From positions 109,088 to 173,087 of the forward strand of contig JAUSJT010000004.1 in assembly GCA_030647485.1 (NCBI GenBank): a stretch of DNA of 64,000 nt, written 5' to 3'. Below the pieces are notes generated by a model. That model was not told the DNA's origin and ran no database searches. It saw nothing but the letters and a program-made list of their open reading frames with translations. Position numbers and translations under genes: made by a program. Every line of letters starts with the position of its first letter. The stretch's first letter is position 1. The DNA comes from a bacterium (lineage in GTDB: Bacteria; Patescibacteriota; Minisyncoccia; Minisyncoccales; UBA10102). Of the stretch, positions 59,209 through 64,000 are shown in pieces.

Positions 59209-59273
59209 AGAGGGGGTCGGGGAGATTGGGTATCTCCCCGTGTAGGAAATTATTCAAAACCGAGGGTTTTGAA
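59209..59273 (+). repeat. dispersed hairpin family 2, circularly permuted copy
   Basis: Right-half motif gagggggtcgggga precedes left-half ccccgtgtaggaaattattcaaaaccgagggttttgaa. Confidence 0.7.
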
Positions 59274-59306
59274 GGAGCGAAGCGACACGACATTGGAGAA
59301 AGAGAT

Positions 59307-59346
59307 AAAACAGTGCGTCTCGGATTTTTCCGAGACGTTTTGTTTT
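59307..59346. terminator. hairpin between convergent rpsI and PEGA gene
   Basis: cgtctcgga-tttt-tccgagacg with A-rich and T-rich flanks. Confidence 0.65.
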
Positions 59347-60736
59347 ACTTCACTAATATTTCTGAAACATAGAGATTCCCTTGAGATAGTACCGTCAGTA
59401 CTTTTGAGGCTTCCTGCCAGAAGAGCTTTGGGTCTGGGAATTTGATCAAGTGCGCCGTATTGACGGTATCTCTCTCGTCAATCTCTATCGTTTGTATATC
59501 CGTACCAGCTGAGAATACGAGATAGTGGGAGCTTATCCAGAGAAGATTATCTATATTATTGCTTAATCTGGTAAGGAATACCTTGTCTCCTGCGAGATGA
59601 TATGGCTGGTCTTCTGAATCCTGCAGATACAGAACCCATATTTCAGATCCGCTTGAGACCGCAAGTTTCTTGCCGTCAGGGCTTTCTGCAATCATGTGTG
59701 CTTGAGAAAAGACCTCTTTCATGTTTTTCTCTCGCGTATCTACGGAAAGAAGGCGTGTCCCTTCCCTGAGAAATAGAGCATCTCCAAAGCCGTGGATACT
59801 GTATTCTGTTTCTTCCTGTAGAGGGGTAGGTAGGGAGGATATCATTTGAGGGGGATTTTGCGGCGTATCTTTCTGCCACAATTTCCCTGAGCTTTCAAGC
59901 CAGAGCAATATTGACCCTTGTGTTGTAAAGGTTATGACATTATTTGCAAAGGTCGCAAGCATCTCTTTCTGTATAAAGTTTGCTTCTCTTAAAACAATGG
60001 AATTACGTACGTATTTTGAAAAGATAACTCGGTCTTCCTCCGTATTAGAAAACAGTAGCGTATCTAAGGGCTTTCCCAGGAAATCGAGAGAACAGGGTGT
60101 AGCGTTGCACGGCTGGCCCTTTTCCAGTGCAAGAATAAACGAGTAGATATCCTCTCTTCGTACGAGCGAAAGGAGAATCTGCTTCTGGCTAGGGGACCAT
60201 TGGATATCCCAGAGAGTTTCTTTCGTTTCAGACGTGAATATCGTTTCCTCCCGCAGCGTTTCCGTATTGAAAAGAACAAGTTTCCAGAATTTTGAGGTAT
60301 TCTTTTGAAGCAAGAGCGTGTTTTCTTTCGGGGTCTTCCAGATTTGCTGTACGTTGTCTGCTGCAATGGTGAATTCCGGTTTCTCGGGGAACAGAATGAC
60401 GTTCTTCGCGTCGGTCACCTGCTTTTCCTGAATTTCCAGTTGCTTTGTCCATGGTTGGTATCCTTCCTTGGAGATTTGGATCTTGTGGGATCCTGGGAAT
60501 AGGTTTCCCAGAAGCGCTGAACCAAAAAAGAAGTCCGTTGTCTTGGGGGTTTTGCCGTCTACAGTAATGTCTGTTCTTGTTGGAATAATCTTAAAGTACA
60601 GGGCTCCTGTTTGGACTACCTGTTTTAACTTCCAGTCAATTCGATATCCTTGAGAATAGAGGATAAGAGAGGGTACAGCAAAGAGGAATGCGGCAGCTAA
60701 AAAAAGAAACAAAATCGTTCTCGTGCGTTTTGTCAT
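59345..60736 (-). CDS. PEGA domain membrane-anchored protein with beta-propeller-like region
   Basis: TM then GYR.D, L.PG...I.ISKEGY.PW.K (PEGA), WSP/SPDG repeats. Confidence 0.75.
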   Translation of the reverse strand: MTKRTRTILFLFLAAAFLFAVPSLILYSQGYRIDWKLKQVVQTGALYFKIIPTRTDITVDGKTPKTTDFFFGSALLGNLFPGSHKIQISKEGYQPWTKQLEIQEKQVTDAKNVILFPEKPEFTIAADNVQQIWKTPKENTLLLQKNTSKFWKLVLFNTETLREETIFTSETKETLWDIQWSPSQKQILLSLVRREDIYSFILALEKGQPCNATPCSLDFLGKPLDTLLFSNTEEDRVIFSKYVRNSIVLREANFIQKEMLATFANNVITFTTQGSILLWLESSGKLWQKDTPQNPPQMISSLPTPLQEETEYSIHGFGDALFLREGTRLLSVDTREKNMKEVFSQAHMIAESPDGKKLAVSSGSEIWVLYLQDSEDQPYHLAGDKVFLTRLSNNIDNLLWISSHYLVFSAGTDIQTIEIDERDTVNTAHLIKFPDPKLFWQEASKVLTVLSQGNLYVSEILVK

Positions 60737-60819
60737 AATGAGGTAGTATAGTGTTTTTACTCGTATACTTCAAGGAGTTGCCAAAGCACAAGGTTTCAGA
60801 TAGAATGAAGCAGACTCAT

Positions 60820-62094
60820 ATGGATAAATTTGTCATTCAAGGGAGAAAATCGCTAGAGGGGGAGATTGAGGCAAGGGGGGCAAAGAATGCTGCTTTTCCT
60901 CTTTTAGCCGCCACCATTCTTACCACAGAAGACTGCATTATAAGCAATCTTCCATTGGTGGAAGATGTATACCGGAGTATTGAGATTTTACAAAGTATGG
61001 GCGCTACGGTTGAATGGCTGGAAGAGAGAACGGTGAAGATAAATACAAAAGATTTAAATCCTGCAACGTTGAATCGCGATCTCATGCTCAAGCTGCGCGG
61101 TTCCGTGTTGTTTGCAGGTCCCTTGCTTGCCAGATTTGGGCAAGTTAACTTGCCTCAGCCAGGAGGAGATGTCATTGGAGCCCGCCCCATTAACACGCAT
61201 CTGGACGCATTTTCTCAATTAGGGGTGAATGTGGAGCCGCATAACGGGTTTCACATGGAGTTTAAAGGAAGTTTCAAAAAGAAAGAGGTGGTATTGAGCG
61301 AATTCTCGGTTACTGCGACAGAGAATCTCCTGCTTTTTGCAAGCGTTTTTGAGGGTTCCATAACGATAAAGATTGCGGATCAAGACTATCAAGTGCAAGA
61401 GTTAATGGCCGTGCTCTCAAAAATGGGAGTGATTTTTCATACTCCTAAACTCCATACAATTATCATTGAAGGGAAAAAGAACCTCAAGGGGTTTTCCCAT
61501 CGTCTTATGTACGACCCCATTGAAGCGGGGACATTCGTATTGCTTGGGGCTACTACAGGAGGGAATATTACCGTAAAGAATGTAGAGTTCAGATTTCTAG
61601 ATCTCTTCTTTAAGAAATTGCAGGATTCCAAGATTCTATTTGATATATTAAAAGAACAAGAGGGGGTGGGAGACGTGAGGATTCTTCCTTCTCCCGACAT
61701 GGTTATTGATAAAATTCAGAGTTGGATCTATCCTGGCGTTCATTCTGATCTTCAGAGTGCCTTTGGGGTTCTTGCAACCCAGACTCCAGGCTCTACGCTT
61801 TTGCATGATCCCTTGTACGAAGGAAGATTGAAGTATTTAGAGGAGCTCACCAAGATGGGAGCTGAAATTTACTTTGCAGATCCTCACCGAGCAATCATCA
61901 ATGGTCCTTCTCGACTTTATGGAACAAATCTTGGAGCGTTTGACTTGCGGGGAGGCGCAGCGCTTATCATCGCAGCTTTGATTGCAGAGGGGACAAGCAC
62001 GATTTCAAACATCTACCAAGTAGACAGAGGATATGAGAAGATAGAAGAACGACTGGGGAAGCTTGGAGCTGACATTACAAGGGTAACGGCATAA
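60820..62094 (+). CDS. murA: UDP-N-acetylglucosamine 1-carboxyvinyltransferase
   Basis: GAKNA, PGGD.IG.RP, SVTATEN, D.IEAGT, DLR.GA, RGYE. Confidence 0.95.
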   Translation: MDKFVIQGRKSLEGEIEARGAKNAAFPLLAATILTTEDCIISNLPLVEDVYRSIEILQSMGATVEWLEERTVKINTKDLNPATLNRDLMLKLRGSVLFAGPLLARFGQVNLPQPGGDVIGARPINTHLDAFSQLGVNVEPHNGFHMEFKGSFKKKEVVLSEFSVTATENLLLFASVFEGSITIKIADQDYQVQELMAVLSKMGVIFHTPKLHTIIIEGKKNLKGFSHRLMYDPIEAGTFVLLGATTGGNITVKNVEFRFLDLFFKKLQDSKILFDILKEQEGVGDVRILPSPDMVIDKIQSWIYPGVHSDLQSAFGVLATQTPGSTLLHDPLYEGRLKYLEELTKMGAEIYFADPHRAIINGPSRLYGTNLGAFDLRGGAALIIAALIAEGTSTISNIYQVDRGYEKIEERLGKLGADITRVTA

Positions 62095-62102
62095 CCTTAT
62101 TC

Positions 62103-63116
62103 ATGTCTCTATTCGTCACAAAAATTGGCATTGACCTTGGGACAAAGAATTCTTTGGTGTTTGTGCCAAAGAAAGGCATTGTGCTCAGGGAGCCCTCGGT
62201 GGTTGCGGTATCTCTTAATGAAAATGCAATTCTAGCGGTCGGGGAAGCAGCAAAAGAAATGACAGGCAGAACTCCAGACAGCATAAGGGTGTATCGCCCC
62301 ATGAGAGACGGAGTTATCGCAGATTTTAGGGTTACCCTGGCAATGCTCCGATATTTCTTAAAACGGGTTATTCCACGATACCAGTTTTTCAAGCCAGAAG
62401 TGCTGGTGGCGGTGCCTGCCGGGGTTAGTTCTACTGAACGCCGGGCAGTGATTGAGGCAACGGTGCGTGCCGGGGCAAAGGCGGCATATGTGGCTAAAGA
62501 ACCTATTTTAGCCGCCATTGGAGCTGGCATACCCATCAACTCTTCTTCCGGGCATATGATCGTGGACATTGGGGGAGGCACCACAGAGGCTGCCGTTATT
62601 TCCCTGGGAGGCATTGTATCGTGTACCTCTATTCGTGTTGCAGGAGATAAAATGGACCAGGCCATTTCAGACTTCATCAAGAAAAAGTACAATCTTGCCA
62701 TTGGAGAAAATACGGCAGAAGAGATAAAAATAAAGATAGGATCTGCTATTCCTGCAAAACAGGAGGAAAGTATGGAAATCCGAGGCAGAGACTTGGTATT
62801 GGGATTGCCAAAGAATATGAAGATATCTTCCAATGAAGTATGCCAGGCGCTAGGGGAGGCATTGCAAGAGATTATTCAGATTATAAAGATTTTGCTTCGT
62901 GATACCCCTCCGGAGCTTTCTGCAGACGTTATGGATAAGGGCATGATTATATCTGGGGGAGGATCATTGCTCAAGAATATTGACCAGCTTATTTCCCAAT
63001 CAACCGGAGTGCCTTGTTTTGTGGCAAATGATCCCTTAACCTGCGTTGCCAGGGGTACTGGGGTGGTCTTAGATAACCTGGAAGTATACAAGAGAAGTAT
63101 TTTGAATAAGAAATAA
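62103..63116 (+). CDS. mreB: rod shape-determining protein MreB/Mbl
   Basis: GIDLGT.N, EPSVVA, DGVIADF, VDIGGGTTE, GGG.LL. Confidence 0.95.
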   Translation: MSLFVTKIGIDLGTKNSLVFVPKKGIVLREPSVVAVSLNENAILAVGEAAKEMTGRTPDSIRVYRPMRDGVIADFRVTLAMLRYFLKRVIPRYQFFKPEVLVAVPAGVSSTERRAVIEATVRAGAKAAYVAKEPILAAIGAGIPINSSSGHMIVDIGGGTTEAAVISLGGIVSCTSIRVAGDKMDQAISDFIKKKYNLAIGENTAEEIKIKIGSAIPAKQEESMEIRGRDLVLGLPKNMKISSNEVCQALGEALQEIIQIIKILLRDTPPELSADVMDKGMIISGGGSLLKNIDQLISQSTGVPCFVANDPLTCVARGTGVVLDNLEVYKRSILNKK

Positions 63117-63898
63117 TGAGGTACGAAACTCACTGGGAATTCTTAAAGAATTCTGCATTACTAGGCAAGCTTTCGCATGCGTATGTGTTTTCGGGAAACG
63201 ATGAAACAGGGCAGCTACGTCTTGCCCTTAAGCTTTCTCAACTGCTGAATTGTGAGTCAAGGAAAGGAGGGGAACCGTGCCAAGTGTGCGCGTCGTGCAG
63301 AGGTATCACAGAGAGGACGCATCCTGATGCAGTGTGGATTGCGGAAACGCGAGAGATCCCTATAGGCGCAATCCGCGAGCTTCGCCATCATTTTAGCTTA
63401 AGCTCTTGGCAATCTTCTTTCAAGATTGCGGTTATAGAGAAAGCTCATGTAATGAATATAGAGGCGCAGTCAGCCCTTCTCAAGCTTCTTGAAGAACCAA
63501 GGCAAAATGCCATTCTGTTTCTTTGTACCAAGCATCCTGACCTCTTGCTAGACACCATACGGTCTCGCGCCCAGGAAATACGATGGTATGTTTTCCCTGC
63601 AGTTTTAAAGGGAAATTCAAAGAATGTAGAGGATCTCAAACGTTTGAAGGGATCTTTACTTCAGGAACGCTTTGACTACGCAAAGAAAGCAGCAGAAACT
63701 CCAGAAGATGCAGTACGAATTCTTGAGGAGTGGATGCGAACACAGCGATCCATTCTTCTAAAAACCGTTTCTGATTCTTCTGAAAATATTATGCAAGAAG
63801 AACGCGTGTTAAAAACAATGCAAGAGATGTTGCAAGTTATACAAACCACTAATGTAACGCCACGATTAGCTATAGAACAAGTACTTGTAGAACTCTAA
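63116..63898 (+). CDS. holB: DNA polymerase III subunit delta'
   Basis: HAY.F.G, C....PC..C.SC, HPD, A..ALLK.LEEP, TI.SR. Confidence 0.85.
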   Translation: MRYETHWEFLKNSALLGKLSHAYVFSGNDETGQLRLALKLSQLLNCESRKGGEPCQVCASCRGITERTHPDAVWIAETREIPIGAIRELRHHFSLSSWQSSFKIAVIEKAHVMNIEAQSALLKLLEEPRQNAILFLCTKHPDLLLDTIRSRAQEIRWYVFPAVLKGNSKNVEDLKRLKGSLLQERFDYAKKAAETPEDAVRILEEWMRTQRSILLKTVSDSSENIMQEERVLKTMQEMLQVIQTTNVTPRLAIEQVLVEL

Positions 63899-63910
63899 TA
63901 TATAATAGGC

Positions 63911-64000
63911 ATGAAAGAAATTATAGAAAAAACAAAACGAGAGTTAGACAAGGTTGTGGATTTTTTCACAAAAGAGGTATCAAAGATCCGTACGGGCCAG
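63911..64000 (+). CDS. frr: ribosome recycling factor, 5' part (runs off window end)
   Basis: MKEIIEKTKRELDKVVDFFTKEVSKIRTGQ matches the RRF N-terminal helix and IRTG motif. Confidence 0.75.
   Translation, partial: MKEIIEKTKRELDKVVDFFTKEVSKIRTGQ

Overview
Core-genome window of a small-genome bacterium, most likely Patescibacteria/CPR (Parcubacteria-like). This assignment is inferred from the missing rpmD/L30 between rpsE and rplO, an RpoA without the alphaCTD, a short AlaRS, an archaeal-type PyrH and many apparently leaderless genes. Genetic code 11 applies. The window holds the F0F1 ATP synthase operon, a redox/metabolic operon (glutaredoxin, Glu/Leu/Phe/Val dehydrogenase, malic enzyme, TrxB, DsbA), the str/S10/spc/alpha ribosomal clusters, tRNA-Pro(GGG), murA-mreB-holB-frr and a few accessory cassettes (HicBA; MerR-HATPase plus STAS-like; HTH-nuclease beside the tRNA). 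The most striking signal is a family of insertion elements that sit exactly on start codons. Each is bounded by a TATGC direct repeat and a CCCCGT...ACGGGG terminal stem. Three are 156-nt structured copies (before atpB, rplV, rpsQ) and one is a 299-nt copy encoding a GIY-YIG nuclease read from the captured ATG. Also seen are several other dispersed hairpin families (some inserted in frame in atpD, rpsS and tgt), duplicated gene termini (ychF 5' end, rpsD 3' end), a 6S-like ncRNA candidate and a stand-alone 16-aa CxxC-CxxC micro-peptide gene. All calls come from reading the sequence; no database search was run.
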